This document shows positions 19,198 to 28,293 of a stretch of 64,000 nt of DNA, piece by piece. Numbering within the stretch: position 1 is the stretch's first letter; every line of letters starts with the position of its first letter. The position numbers were made by a program, and so were the translations under genes. The notes under the pieces are model-generated. The model made no database searches. It had not been told where the DNA came from and saw only the letters and a program-made list of their open reading frames with translations. Source of the stretch: a virus; the IMG/VR virus record IMGVR_UViG_3300033182_000487, positions 32,001 through 96,000 of that record; one strand, written 5' to 3'.

Positions 19198-20162
19198 GCA
19201 TCAACCTCGTCTGGCGCACCGACGTTCACTTGTCCGACCGCGCACCGTCCAGCCGTACCGACGACTGGGCCGACGCCGTGTTCGACAAGTTGGGGCAGGT
19301 CCGTGATCTCGCCCGTGAGGTCAACGCCGCTGCCATCATCGACGGCGGTGACTTCTTCCACATCAAGTCCCCCGGTCGGAACAGCCATGCGCTCGTCAAC
19401 CGGACGGCAGAGCACCACAGCACCTATCCGTGCCCGGTCTACTGCACTCCGGGGAACCACGACGCGGTGTACGGCGACTACTCCTTCCTGCCTCAGCAGC
19501 CGTTGGGCGTCCTGTTCAGCACGGGTGTCTTCAAGCGTTTGTACGACGAGCATGAGGCTGTGTTTGAGGAGTTCCACGGGGTCAAGGTCCGCGTGGTCGG
19601 CATCCCGTACCACGGCACGTCCTACGACATGGAGCGGTTCACCAGCATCGAGAAAGGTGACGAGGACGTCCTGATCTGCGTGGCCCATGTGCTCGCCTCC
19701 CACAAGGGCGGCACCATGTTTGAGGGCGAAGACATCATCAAGTACGCCGACCTCGTGGACACCGCCCCCGACGTGTACCTGTTCGGTCACTGGCACAAGA
19801 ATCAGGGGGTCGAGGAGATCGGCGGCAAGCAGTTCGTGAACATCGGCTCCCTGACCCGTGGGTCACTCTCGCAGGACAACATGGACCGGGTGCCCGCTGC
19901 GGCTGTGCTCCGATGCACCGAGCAGGGGGTCGAGATCGAGGTTGTACCGCTCAACGTGCGCCCCGCCGAGGAGGTCTTCGACGTGGAAGGCCGCGCTCGA
20001 CAGGTCAAGCGGCAGGTGGAGATGGACTCGTTCGTCGAGGCTATCCGTGAAGCCCTCCAGCCCGCCGAAGGCGAGCAGACGCTGGCCGAAGCCGTGACGG
20101 GTATGGGTGATGTGCCCCACGAGGTTCGGGAGCGGGCACTGGCGTATCTGGAGAACACATGA
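19194..20162 (+). CDS. sbcD: SbcD/Mre11-like metallophosphoesterase nuclease
   Basis: TDVH, GGDFF, PGNHD, GHWH, NIGSL. Confidence 0.9.
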   Translation: MSINLVWRTDVHLSDRAPSSRTDDWADAVFDKLGQVRDLAREVNAAAIIDGGDFFHIKSPGRNSHALVNRTAEHHSTYPCPVYCTPGNHDAVYGDYSFLPQQPLGVLFSTGVFKRLYDEHEAVFEEFHGVKVRVVGIPYHGTSYDMERFTSIEKGDEDVLICVAHVLASHKGGTMFEGEDIIKYADLVDTAPDVYLFGHWHKNQGVEEIGGKQFVNIGSLTRGSLSQDNMDRVPAAAVLRCTEQGVEIEVVPLNVRPAEEVFDVEGRARQVKRQVEMDSFVEAIREALQPAEGEQTLAEAVTGMGDVPHEVRERALAYLENT

Positions 20163-20266
20163 CCCCATTGATCCTGACCCCCGGCTTTGGGGACGACGCA
20201 CCCACGGCTGTCCTCTAGTTCGGAGGGTAGGGTGGCCCACGCTTCACCTTCCGTCTGGGAGCCGAC

Positions 20267-21187
20267 ATGAATCCTCAATCCACCCTCTACTGGTCCACCT
20301 TGAAGATGTACGAGGACTGCCCCCAGCAGTTCGTCTGGTCGAAGGGGTGGGAGGGGTATGACTGTGGGCACGGGCCGGGCAACCGCAAGCCGAAGCCTGA
20401 GCAGCGGTCCCGACACCATGCGGTGTTCGGCATCGTGATCCAGCACGCCATCGAGGCCATGTACAACGAGGAGTTGTACCGGGAGCCGAAGACCCTGACC
20501 GCCCGGATGCTGGAGATCGGCAAGGTCGAGTTCGACCGCCAGATCGACAAGCCGAAGAACAACATCTCGTACTCCGAGGCTCGCATGACCCGCGCAGAAA
20601 TGTGGGATCTGTGCGCCAGCGGGATCACGGGCTTCGTCCAGACCATGAAGGCTCACCGCTTCCTCGGCACCTACGCGAAGGCCGAGGTGGACCTGGTGGG
20701 GTGGATCGACAAGAAGAACCCCATCGGAGGCCGGGCCGACACCATCATCAAGCGCGGCGACACGGGGATCACGATCCTGGACGGCAAGAACACGAAGTAC
20801 AAGATGAAGTACACCGACCCGGACCAGTTGCGGTGGTACGCCCTGCTCTACAAGTTGGCCTACAAGGAACTCCCCGACCGTCTGGCCTACGTCTGGTACA
20901 GGTTCCCCTACGACCAGGACAACGACGAGGACGGGGTCGAGTGGGTCGAGTTCGACGAAGCAGACCTCCAGGGCCTCGCCCAGCGTGCGCTCGATGCGAA
21001 GGTCGCCATGCGCGCCGAGAAGTTTGATCCCACCCCCTCCCCGAAGACCTGTGACTTCTGCGACTTCGTGACCGTCTGCGATGCACGCCGGGAGCAGAAG
21101 GCCGCCAACTCCGCAAAGCGGAACAAGAAGTCCCGCATCCAGGAGATCACCGACTCCGAGACGGGGTTCGCGGACCTGACCCTGTAG
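20267..21187 (+). CDS. PD-(D/E)XK RecB/Cas4-like exonuclease
   Basis: CP, GIVIQH, GRAD, ILDGK, QLRWY, CDFCDF..C. Confidence 0.85.
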   Translation: MNPQSTLYWSTLKMYEDCPQQFVWSKGWEGYDCGHGPGNRKPKPEQRSRHHAVFGIVIQHAIEAMYNEELYREPKTLTARMLEIGKVEFDRQIDKPKNNISYSEARMTRAEMWDLCASGITGFVQTMKAHRFLGTYAKAEVDLVGWIDKKNPIGGRADTIIKRGDTGITILDGKNTKYKMKYTDPDQLRWYALLYKLAYKELPDRLAYVWYRFPYDQDNDEDGVEWVEFDEADLQGLAQRALDAKVAMRAEKFDPTPSPKTCDFCDFVTVCDARREQKAANSAKRNKKSRIQEITDSETGFADLTL

Positions 21188-21215
21188 GGGGGTCGCGGAG
21201 GCCACTGGTTGGGTA
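21187..21215 (+). promoter_or_regulatory. Middle-class promoter GGGGGGT-N17-GGGTA
   Basis: Exact consensus. Confidence 0.75.
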
Positions 21216-21239
21216 TGCCTCACACACAGGGAGATGCAC

Positions 21240-21509
21240 ATGTCCGATCTTGATTCACGCCTCGATGCCGCCCTCGCCTTGCGGGACTCGTTGAGCAGAG
21301 ATGCCCAACGGATCCAAGGCCGCAAGGAGGCCGCAGAGAAGGCTCTGCGCGACGTGGAGGAGGAGATCCGGTCGAAGAACCTGGACCCGGACAACCTCGA
21401 CGCGACCCTGGACACCCTCACTACCGCCTACGAGAAGGAGGTCACCTCGTTTGAGGCCGCCCTCGCGTCGGCCCAAACCGCACTGTCCCCCTATCTGGAG
21501 AACGCATGA
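21240..21509 (+). CDS. Small coiled-coil protein
   Basis: Heptad-like helix; coupled to the clamp gene. Confidence 0.65.
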   Translation: MSDLDSRLDAALALRDSLSRDAQRIQGRKEAAEKALRDVEEEIRSKNLDPDNLDATLDTLTTAYEKEVTSFEAALASAQTALSPYLENA

Positions 21510-22657
21510 ACATCGAAGTCGCAAAGTCGGACCTTGAGGTCGCCCTCAAGGTCGCATCCACCACCGTCGGGTCTGGTTCCGACCTGTCCTCCCACTACCT
21601 GTTCCGCTACCGCGACGGGCAGGCCGAGGTCTTGTCCTACGATATGCGCGTCTTTAGCCGTGCTCCCTTCACCGCGACCGTGGAGGGCGACGACGACGCA
21701 GCGTTCACCGTCGAGGCGTGGCGTCTCGACAAGTGGATCTCCTCCGTCGGTGACGGGGTGCTCACGCTGACCTGCGATGACCAGGGCCAGGTGACCGCGA
21801 AGGGTCCGCGTTCCAAGGTCAAGTTGCGTTCGCTCGACGCCAGCCGCTTCCCGTACTGGGATGGCCTGATGGCAGAGGCCGAGGACGTGGGTGACGTGGC
21901 TCCTGCAACGCTCCACCGTGCTCTCAGCCTGAGCAAGCACTTCGTGTCCTCCGATGACACCAGCCGCCCCGAGATCTGTCAGGCCGAGGCCACCGACGGT
22001 GTGTTGAAGGCGACCAACCGTCGTGCTGTGTCGAGCGTCACGGTCCGTGATCTCCCCGGTCTGGACCTCCGGGTTCCGGGCAAGGATCTGTCCGTGATCC
22101 TCAAGTTCCTGTCCGACAAGACTACCCAGGAGGACGACGTGTCCGTCAAGCGGGCCAGCCGCCCCGACGGCTCCGGCGGCGGTGCCGCTGCGATCTTCCT
22201 CCGTCCCGACGGCTCCTACGTTGGGGTCAGCCGCCCCACGACGGCGATGCCGAAACTCCCCATCGAGGTGGAGGAGTCCGACGTGACCCTCTCCATCAAC
22301 ATCGAGGAGTTCAACGGCGCTGTCGATGTACTCCTCTCGTCTGCTCCGAAGGGGCACGAGGCTGTGTCCTTCTCGACGGGTGAGGAAGGTACCCTCTACC
22401 TGGCGATGCCCTCCGAGGCTGGAGGCATCGACGAGTACCCCATGATCCAGTCCTCGGCGACGGGCTTTGGGGACACCACCTTCACCATGGACTACTCCTA
22501 CGTCGGAGCCATCGCGGACATGTTCGACCTCGACACCCTGACCTTCGGGGTTCACCAGCGGGGCCGAGGTGGGTATGTCTCTTTTGCCTACGAGGACGAG
22601 GGAGCCACCGAGGACTCGGGCAACCACTACTACACGGTGATCGTTTGGCGTTCGTGA
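21506..22657 (+). CDS. dnaN: DNA polymerase III beta sliding clamp-like protein
   Basis: 383 aa; M.I.V.KSDL..AL start, ..FP, VSSDDTSRPEI, ATN.R, three-domain spacing. Confidence 0.8.
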   Translation: MNIEVAKSDLEVALKVASTTVGSGSDLSSHYLFRYRDGQAEVLSYDMRVFSRAPFTATVEGDDDAAFTVEAWRLDKWISSVGDGVLTLTCDDQGQVTAKGPRSKVKLRSLDASRFPYWDGLMAEAEDVGDVAPATLHRALSLSKHFVSSDDTSRPEICQAEATDGVLKATNRRAVSSVTVRDLPGLDLRVPGKDLSVILKFLSDKTTQEDDVSVKRASRPDGSGGGAAAIFLRPDGSYVGVSRPTTAMPKLPIEVEESDVTLSINIEEFNGAVDVLLSSAPKGHEAVSFSTGEEGTLYLAMPSEAGGIDEYPMIQSSATGFGDTTFTMDYSYVGAIADMFDLDTLTFGVHQRGRGGYVSFAYEDEGATEDSGNHYYTVIVWRS

Positions 22658-23283
22658 ATGACCATGACGGACTCTGCCAGTCTCTGGCACGGGTGGAAGC
22701 ACTGAGGGATGCCTCTCTCGGTGCGCTCGCCAGTGCCGAGCAGCAGGTGGCGGCTCTGGAGGCTGAGGAAGAAGTCCTCGCCCGTGTGGCCGACCTGTTC
22801 CGCGTCTTGATTGACCGGGAGGTGGTGGACAACGCAAAGACCGTGGAAAGCCTCCTCACCGAGGGCCTGCAAGCGATCTTCGACGACCTGGACCTGTCGG
22901 TGCGAACCGAGATCGAGGTCCAGCGAGGCAAGGTCGCTGTGGACCTCGTGACGGTCCAGAAGGAACCCGACGGCACGACCACGGAAGGGTCCAGCACCGA
23001 CGCCTACGGCGGATCGGTCGCCACGGTCCAGTCCGTGCTGCTTCGCATCGTCGTCCTCAACCGACGGGGACTGCGCCCGCTCCTCCTGTTGGACGAGTCC
23101 CTCGGCGCGGTGGCCGAGCACTACGTCCCTCGCGTGGGCCAGTTCCTGTCCATCCTGTCCGAGCGGATGGGCCTTGATGTCCTCGCCGTGAGCCACAACC
23201 CGGCTCTGGTCGAGGCCGCGAACACGGCCTACCGCATCCAGAAGAAGGACGGCGAGGCGGCGTTCCGCAAGATCGGGCGGTGA
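22654..23283 (+). CDS. SbcC/Rad50 C-terminal half
   Basis: Short coiled coil, signature-like YGGS, Walker B LLLLDE, H-switch VSH. Confidence 0.8.
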   Translation: MNDHDGLCQSLARVEALRDASLGALASAEQQVAALEAEEEVLARVADLFRVLIDREVVDNAKTVESLLTEGLQAIFDDLDLSVRTEIEVQRGKVAVDLVTVQKEPDGTTTEGSSTDAYGGSVATVQSVLLRIVVLNRRGLRPLLLLDESLGAVAEHYVPRVGQFLSILSERMGLDVLAVSHNPALVEAANTAYRIQKKDGEAAFRKIGR

Positions 23284-23287
23284 CCTC

Positions 23288-23704
23288 ATGCGAACCCGAA
23301 GCGAGATCCAGCAGAAACTCAAGCAGGCCAAGTACCGGCATGTGAAGCGGATCTTGCGTGATCGGTTCCCCCGCGATCAGGACTGGCCGAAGCACGAGGT
23401 CGAGCAGATCAAGGACGAGTACCGGACCTTCTTCCAGGAGGCTCCGCTCCACGAGATCGCCCGCGAGTTCCCTGATGTCGCTGCCCTGATGTGGGTGCTG
23501 CAAGACCAGCCCGACCAGGCGCTGGCCGTCAACGGCACGATGGTGGGGGCCATGGGTGGGGTCATGCTGTGGGCAGACTCCCACGACGAGGCCGAGTACG
23601 CCCGTGACCTCATTGAGAAGGTCATGGCTCAGGCGCTCCAGCCGCCGACCGTGCGAGACCCCGACCCGGTGAAGAAATCTTGGTGGCAGAGGATCTTCGG
23701 ATGA
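23288..23704 (+). CDS. Hypothetical protein
   Basis: Typical codon usage; ends in amphipathic KKSWWQRIFG. Confidence 0.6.
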   Translation: MRTRSEIQQKLKQAKYRHVKRILRDRFPRDQDWPKHEVEQIKDEYRTFFQEAPLHEIAREFPDVAALMWVLQDQPDQALAVNGTMVGAMGGVMLWADSHDEAEYARDLIEKVMAQALQPPTVRDPDPVKKSWWQRIFG

Positions 23705-24222
23705 ACCCGCACCTGCTCGCCTCGGTTCAACACCCGTTCCAGAAGCGCCCCCTGATGCTCGATGGGGTTCCCGTACCCCGCGAGGCCGGGCCGTTCCTGA
23801 TCACCGCGACCCGCGAGTTGATGTGGGTGGAGCGAGCCTTCGGCAGCGGCTTCCTGCGACTGGCGGTGCGGAAGCAGACCACCGACCAGTTGTACAGCGA
23901 CCTGGTCGCCGAGATCGCCGAGGAAGGCGTCCGCCGTGACTGGGGGAACGTCCAACCGCCGACCATGGCAGGTGTGCTGGAGGGGATGAACTACCTCCAC
24001 TACTACGACCTCCCTGACCCCACGCTGCTGTACGGGTCTGAGTTCGACATCGGGGCCGCGCCTGACATGAACCGCGCCCCCGCTGACTGGCTTCCTCCCT
24101 CGTGGGCGGTGCTGGTCCCAGACCGAGCGTATGTGGGCACCGTCTACCTGTTTGGTGGCGGCTACCTCGGCGCGGTGGTTCACAACCCATCCCGAGGCGT
24201 GGTCGTCCTCCGAGGGGCATGA
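23701..24222 (+). CDS. Hypothetical protein
   Basis: ATGA coupling to the upstream gene. Confidence 0.6.
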   Translation: MNPHLLASVQHPFQKRPLMLDGVPVPREAGPFLITATRELMWVERAFGSGFLRLAVRKQTTDQLYSDLVAEIAEEGVRRDWGNVQPPTMAGVLEGMNYLHYYDLPDPTLLYGSEFDIGAAPDMNRAPADWLPPSWAVLVPDRAYVGTVYLFGGGYLGAVVHNPSRGVVVLRGA

Positions 24223-24273
24223 CTCGGTAGGTTTCTATGCGTAGGGTGTCGTATGACTCACGCGAGGATCCCC

Positions 24274-24369
24274 ATGACCCCCTCAGACCACAAAGCCCTG
24301 ATCCGGCTGGCGAGCACCCTTCCTGATGGGGACCGCCTTCGCCGTGCGATCCTGCGGAGCGTGAAGTAG
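24274..24369 (+). CDS. 31-aa peptide consisting only of the LIRLASTLP tag
   Basis: Hand translation MTPSDHKALIRLASTLPDGDRLRRAILRSVK; GAGG RBS; late-like motif CGGTAG-gttt-CTAT at 24225-24238. Confidence 0.75.
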   Translation: MTPSDHKALIRLASTLPDGDRLRRAILRSVK

Positions 24370-24397
24370 GGGGGTCTGATCTCCCCGCGAACGGGTA
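24369..24397 (+). promoter_or_regulatory. Middle-class promoter GGGGGGT-N17-GGGTA
   Basis: Exact consensus. Confidence 0.75.
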
Positions 24398-24406
24398 AGC
24401 CACTCC

Positions 24407-25129
24407 ATGCGAGAGTGGTTGACCAACGCCCTGCTGGACTCTGCTGAGTCCGTCCCCGAAGAAGCCGAAGGCTACGTCCTCGGACGAGGCTTGCCGTATC
24501 GACTGATGGAGGAGATGCGGGTGGGCATCTGGCGCTGGCCGGAAGCCCCGTGCCCCGACGACACCTTCCTCAAGCGGCATGGGGACAAGGGCTTCCAGGT
24601 GGATGGTTGGCTCTCGATCCCTCTGTGGTCACCGCGAGGTCGGATCGTCGGTGTCGAGTTCCGCCGCTGGGACGGCGAGAAATCCGTGTCGAAGTACTTC
24701 CTTCCCGACACGTCCTGGTCCCCGGTGTTCGCGGGCATGACCCCATCGACACTCAACCGCATCTGGAAGGGCGGGGACATCTGGCTCGTCGAGGGGGTCT
24801 TTGATCTCGCTCTGGCCCACGCTGTGCCACGCAAGGACGTGGTGCTCTCGTGCGGGGGTGCCAAGATCACGCCCAACCAGGTGGCCTTCATCCAGCGGTT
24901 CCTTGATCCTCGTGCGATGGTCCACGTCGCCTTCGACATGGACGAGACGGGACGCAAGATGGCCCTCGGCTACCAGCACCCGGACACCGGACGTCGGGTC
25001 TGGGGTGTGGTCGAGCGACTGGAGCGTGTAGGCGTCCGATGCCGCGACGTCCAGTACCGTGGCAAAGACCCCGGCGATGTTTGGGAGGTTGGGGGATCTG
25101 CTGGTTTGCGCCGTGCCTTCCGCCTGTAG
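24407..25129 (+). CDS. dnaG: DnaG-like primase catalytic/TOPRIM core
   Basis: Y..GRGL, IPL..PRGRIVG..R, KY, LVEGVFD, AFDMDETG, KDPGD; no zinc finger. Confidence 0.85.
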   Translation: MREWLTNALLDSAESVPEEAEGYVLGRGLPYRLMEEMRVGIWRWPEAPCPDDTFLKRHGDKGFQVDGWLSIPLWSPRGRIVGVEFRRWDGEKSVSKYFLPDTSWSPVFAGMTPSTLNRIWKGGDIWLVEGVFDLALAHAVPRKDVVLSCGGAKITPNQVAFIQRFLDPRAMVHVAFDMDETGRKMALGYQHPDTGRRVWGVVERLERVGVRCRDVQYRGKDPGDVWEVGGSAGLRRAFRL

Positions 25130-25157
25130 GGGGGTCATCGGAGCGCCCCGACGGGTA
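25129..25157 (+). promoter_or_regulatory. Middle-class promoter GGGGGGT-N17-GGGTA
   Basis: Exact consensus. Confidence 0.75.
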
Positions 25158-25196
25158 AGGATGAAGGACCGAGAACACCTACGACAGGAGGGCCCA

Positions 25197-25667
25197 ATGG
25201 CCGTAGACATCTGGAAAGCCAACGACGAAGTACACGCGAAGATCGCGGAACTGATCGGACAGAACCACCCCGACCTCGCACTGGTCTCCGACGAGATCGT
25301 CGTCGTGTTCCGCGAGAAGGCGGGCAAGAGCGGAGGACAGGTCGTCCTCGGCAACAGCAAGAAGGTCGCGGCCATCGCCAACGCCATCGGCAACACCGAC
25401 TACAAGTTCGTGCTGGAGGTCGCTGCCGACCAGTGGGAGCACGAGTTGACCTCCCGCCAGCAGGAGGCCCTGCTCGACCACCTGCTCACCGCCTGCCGCT
25501 GCGAGGAAGACCCGAAGTCGGGCAACCTCAAGTGCAGCGTGGCGAAGCCGGACATCATGGCCTTCCGCGAGAACGTGGAGCGGTACGGCATGTGGTTCCC
25601 GGTCGAGGAGAAGGAAGACGAGGGGCCGTCGCCCGTCGAGGAAATGTTCGGCGTCGATTCCGAGTAG
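25197..25667 (+). CDS. Putative phage metallopeptidase-like protein with degenerate HExxH
   Basis: W..LT..QQEALLDHLL.AC and PD..F...VERYG.W pattern. Confidence 0.6.
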   Translation: MAVDIWKANDEVHAKIAELIGQNHPDLALVSDEIVVVFREKAGKSGGQVVLGNSKKVAAIANAIGNTDYKFVLEVAADQWEHELTSRQQEALLDHLLTACRCEEDPKSGNLKCSVAKPDIMAFRENVERYGMWFPVEEKEDEGPSPVEEMFGVDSE

Positions 25668-25676
25668 GAGGGGACC

Positions 25677-27119
25677 ATGGCCCTCGACACGAAGTATCGG
25701 CCCCAGACCTACGGACAGGTGCTGGGTCAGGAGGCCGCTGTGGCCGTCCTGCGGCAGTTCGTTGTCGAGGGCCGTGGATTCCATCAGTCCTACGTCTTCT
25801 GCGGACAGCACGGTTCCGGCAAGACCACCCTGGGGAGGCTCCTCGCCAGGGCCTTGCTGTGCGAGGCTCCCGTTGATGGGGAGCCTTGTGACCAGTGCTC
25901 GTCCTGCACGACCTTCCTGAGCGGCGACGTCCACGAGTGCTTCGTGGAACTGGATGCGGCAACGAAGTCCGGGAAGGCTGATCTCGCTCGCATCCTGGAG
26001 GACATCCAGTACTCCACGGTGTCGGGCAAGCGCCGCATCTACCTGTTCGACGAGTCCCATCGGTTGTCGAAGCAGGCGCTCGACGCCCTGTTGAAGCCGA
26101 TGGAGGACAACGTGCTGGGGTCGGAGGACAAGCGGCTCGTTTGCATCTTCTGCACCACCGAGCCGGACAAGATGGTCAGCACCATCTTCTCTCGCTGCGC
26201 CCCGGCCTTCGTGATCCGCTCCGCACCCCACGCGGAGATCGTGAAGCGGTTGGGGTGGATCTGCGAGCAGGAAGGCATCGAGGCTGACCCCGAGGCACTG
26301 GAACTGATCGTCGAGCAGTCGGAGTCCCACATCCGGGATGCGCTCAAGATGGTCGAGGGCGTGTCGATGCTGGGTGGGGTGACGCGGGAGAACGCGGCCA
26401 CCTACCTCCAGGTGGGGTCCAACGACGGGGTGTTGGACCTTCTGGATGCTCTGGGGTCTGACCTCTCGGCAGCGGTCGAACGCGCCACCAGCCTCTCGCG
26501 AGAGGTGAGCCCAGCCTCCGCTTACGAGCGTCTGGCCGAGGCTGCTATGCTGGCTTACCGGGTCCACCTCGGTGTGGCCGGACGAGTCCCGGCGAAGTGG
26601 GACGCGGAGAAGGTGGAGGTTTTGTCCTCACAGGGGTCTGCATGGTTGAATGTGGCTACTCGTTTCGCCGCACCCCCACACCGACCGACGAGACAGACAC
26701 TGGTGCTGGACGTTGCGACCGCGCACCACTTTTTCGGGGGTCAACTGCATCCACAGGCGGGGGGGATCCCCCTGCCACACCCCCCGCCTTCGGTTCCTAC
26801 GGCTTCCCCGCCCCCGTCCACCAGAGAAACCCGAACACCGTCAACACCTTGTGATCCTCCCGTGGGTAATGTCGGACATGCTTCCACAGACTCCTCAGCA
26901 CACCTCACCTCCTCCAACGTCTGGGTTGACCCCAGAGCGGTTGGTGGTGGTCCGCAGGATCGTGCTGCTCCCACCTCCAACCCAACCGCCCCTACCGGGT
27001 TGCACGTCCTCAATCCGAACGTCTTCCGTGAGTTGGTGCAGCACCACCTGCGGAGGCTGAGGCGTGGACGCACGGGATCAGACAACATGGGTGGTGCTGG
27101 AACTCAGCCATCATGGTGA
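25677..27119 (+). CDS. dnaX: DNA polymerase III gamma/tau clamp-loader ATPase
   Basis: KYRPQT..V.GQE, GQHGSGKTT, C..PCDQCSSC, ELDAA, FDESH, TIFSRC, RDAL. Confidence 0.92.
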   Translation: MALDTKYRPQTYGQVLGQEAAVAVLRQFVVEGRGFHQSYVFCGQHGSGKTTLGRLLARALLCEAPVDGEPCDQCSSCTTFLSGDVHECFVELDAATKSGKADLARILEDIQYSTVSGKRRIYLFDESHRLSKQALDALLKPMEDNVLGSEDKRLVCIFCTTEPDKMVSTIFSRCAPAFVIRSAPHAEIVKRLGWICEQEGIEADPEALELIVEQSESHIRDALKMVEGVSMLGGVTRENAATYLQVGSNDGVLDLLDALGSDLSAAVERATSLSREVSPASAYERLAEAAMLAYRVHLGVAGRVPAKWDAEKVEVLSSQGSAWLNVATRFAAPPHRPTRQTLVLDVATAHHFFGGQLHPQAGGIPLPHPPPSVPTASPPPSTRETRTPSTPCDPPVGNVGHASTDSSAHLTSSNVWVDPRAVGGGPQDRAAPTSNPTAPTGLHVLNPNVFRELVQHHLRRLRRGRTGSDNMGGAGTQPSW

Positions 27120-27603
27120 GCGAGCCGCCGAGGAGGGGATCCTTGAAGAAATCCTCCGTGATCACGCGGACCTGGACTACGACCACCCGATCTTCATCCC
27201 GTACCTGACCTACACCTACCAGGGGAAGCGGACCCTGCTCTCCGTCATGGAGGGCTACGTCTTCGTGGCGTCTGGCTTCGACGACGCCAGCCGCGACCAC
27301 TTTGCCCGATCCCCCTACATCAAGAAGATCCTCACCCGAGGGGCCAACCACTACTCCCCCTACGAGACCGTATCTCAGGCTTCGGTGGACTCTTTGCGCC
27401 ACCGACTACGCGAACTGATGGCGGTCGAGATCCGGGAGGGGATGGAGGTCCGTATTGTGGATGGGCCACTCAGTGGTATAAGTGGGAGCGTGGTGGGGGT
27501 GTTTGATACACATGCGACCCTCCTCGTAGAGATGCGGTCCATACGCGCCATCCAATATCTTCCGTGCTTCCTCCTACGACCCGTGAGTGACGAGCATGAG
27601 TAA
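27064..27603 (+). CDS. nusG: NusG/RfaH-like transcription factor
   Basis: WVVL, FIP, MEGYVFV (NGN domain) and KOW motif IREGMEVRIVDGPLSGISG. Confidence 0.8.
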   Translation: MDARDQTTWVVLELSHHGERAAEEGILEEILRDHADLDYDHPIFIPYLTYTYQGKRTLLSVMEGYVFVASGFDDASRDHFARSPYIKKILTRGANHYSPYETVSQASVDSLRHRLRELMAVEIREGMEVRIVDGPLSGISGSVVGVFDTHATLLVEMRSIRAIQYLPCFLLRPVSDEHE

Positions 27604-28237
27604 CTATTGGTGCAGCCACATTGTCTTAGACCCCTCCGACATCGAGCGCATGTTCTCCAACGAGGACGGCCTCTCCACCTTCCCCGGCTCCACGGAGGAA
27701 CTCTCGGACGAGAGCAAGGCCGAGTTGGAGCAGGTCAAGGGGGTGCTGGACCAGATCCCTCCCCGCGAAGCGGACTTCGTCGAACTCTACTTCTTCCAGC
27801 GCATCCGGCAGACCACCATCGCCTCGCTGTTCAACATCAGCCAGCCAACCGTCTGCTACCGCCTGCAACGAGCCGCAGCCCGGATCCGCTACCTCCTCGA
27901 CATGCCCAAGTACGACCCGTGGTTGATGGAGCAAGACCTCCGGGGCGTCCTCACTGACCCGAAGGACATCCAGATCATGATGGGCATGGTCGCCACGACC
28001 TGCCAGAGCGAGGTCGCGAAGGAACTCGGGGTCACGCAGGGCTTCGTCCGCCATCGGTACTTCCGCACCATCGGACGGCTCCAGAAGATGCGGGGGATGG
28101 AGCAGTACGTCCGGGTCTTTGAGCACGTCGCGGCGAACCTCAACATCCTCAAGGAGACCCACAGGTCGAAGTGGTCGGAGCCTGTGATCTACGTCGTCTC
28201 CGAGCACCCGACAGCGGTCGAAGCACAGCCCGCGTAG
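27596..28237 (+). CDS. Protein with tandem sigma-region-4-like HTH domains
   Basis: IPPREADFVELYFF..QTTIA.LFNISQPTV..RL.RA and Q.EVAKELGVTQ..VR.R. Confidence 0.75.
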   Translation: MSNYWCSHIVLDPSDIERMFSNEDGLSTFPGSTEELSDESKAELEQVKGVLDQIPPREADFVELYFFQRIRQTTIASLFNISQPTVCYRLQRAAARIRYLLDMPKYDPWLMEQDLRGVLTDPKDIQIMMGMVATTCQSEVAKELGVTQGFVRHRYFRTIGRLQKMRGMEQYVRVFEHVAANLNILKETHRSKWSEPVIYVVSEHPTAVEAQPA

Positions 28238-28245
28238 GGGTAGGT

Positions 28246-28260
28246 CGGTAGTCGCTCTAT
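28246..28260 (+). promoter_or_regulatory. Late-class promoter motif
   Basis: CGGTAG-tcgct-CTAT, at the switch from replication to late genes. Confidence 0.7.
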
Positions 28261-28293
28261 TCCATTTCTCCTGTGAGACTTTGGAGCGAGAGC

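Noticed and set aside
20267-21187. Cas4/CRISPR system
   Set aside because: No repeat-spacer array or other cas genes seen; the context fits a recombination exonuclease.
26720-27119. Programmed frameshift in dnaX at TTTTTCGGGGG
   Set aside because: Not a canonical slippery heptamer, and the frame stays open into a Pro-rich tail.
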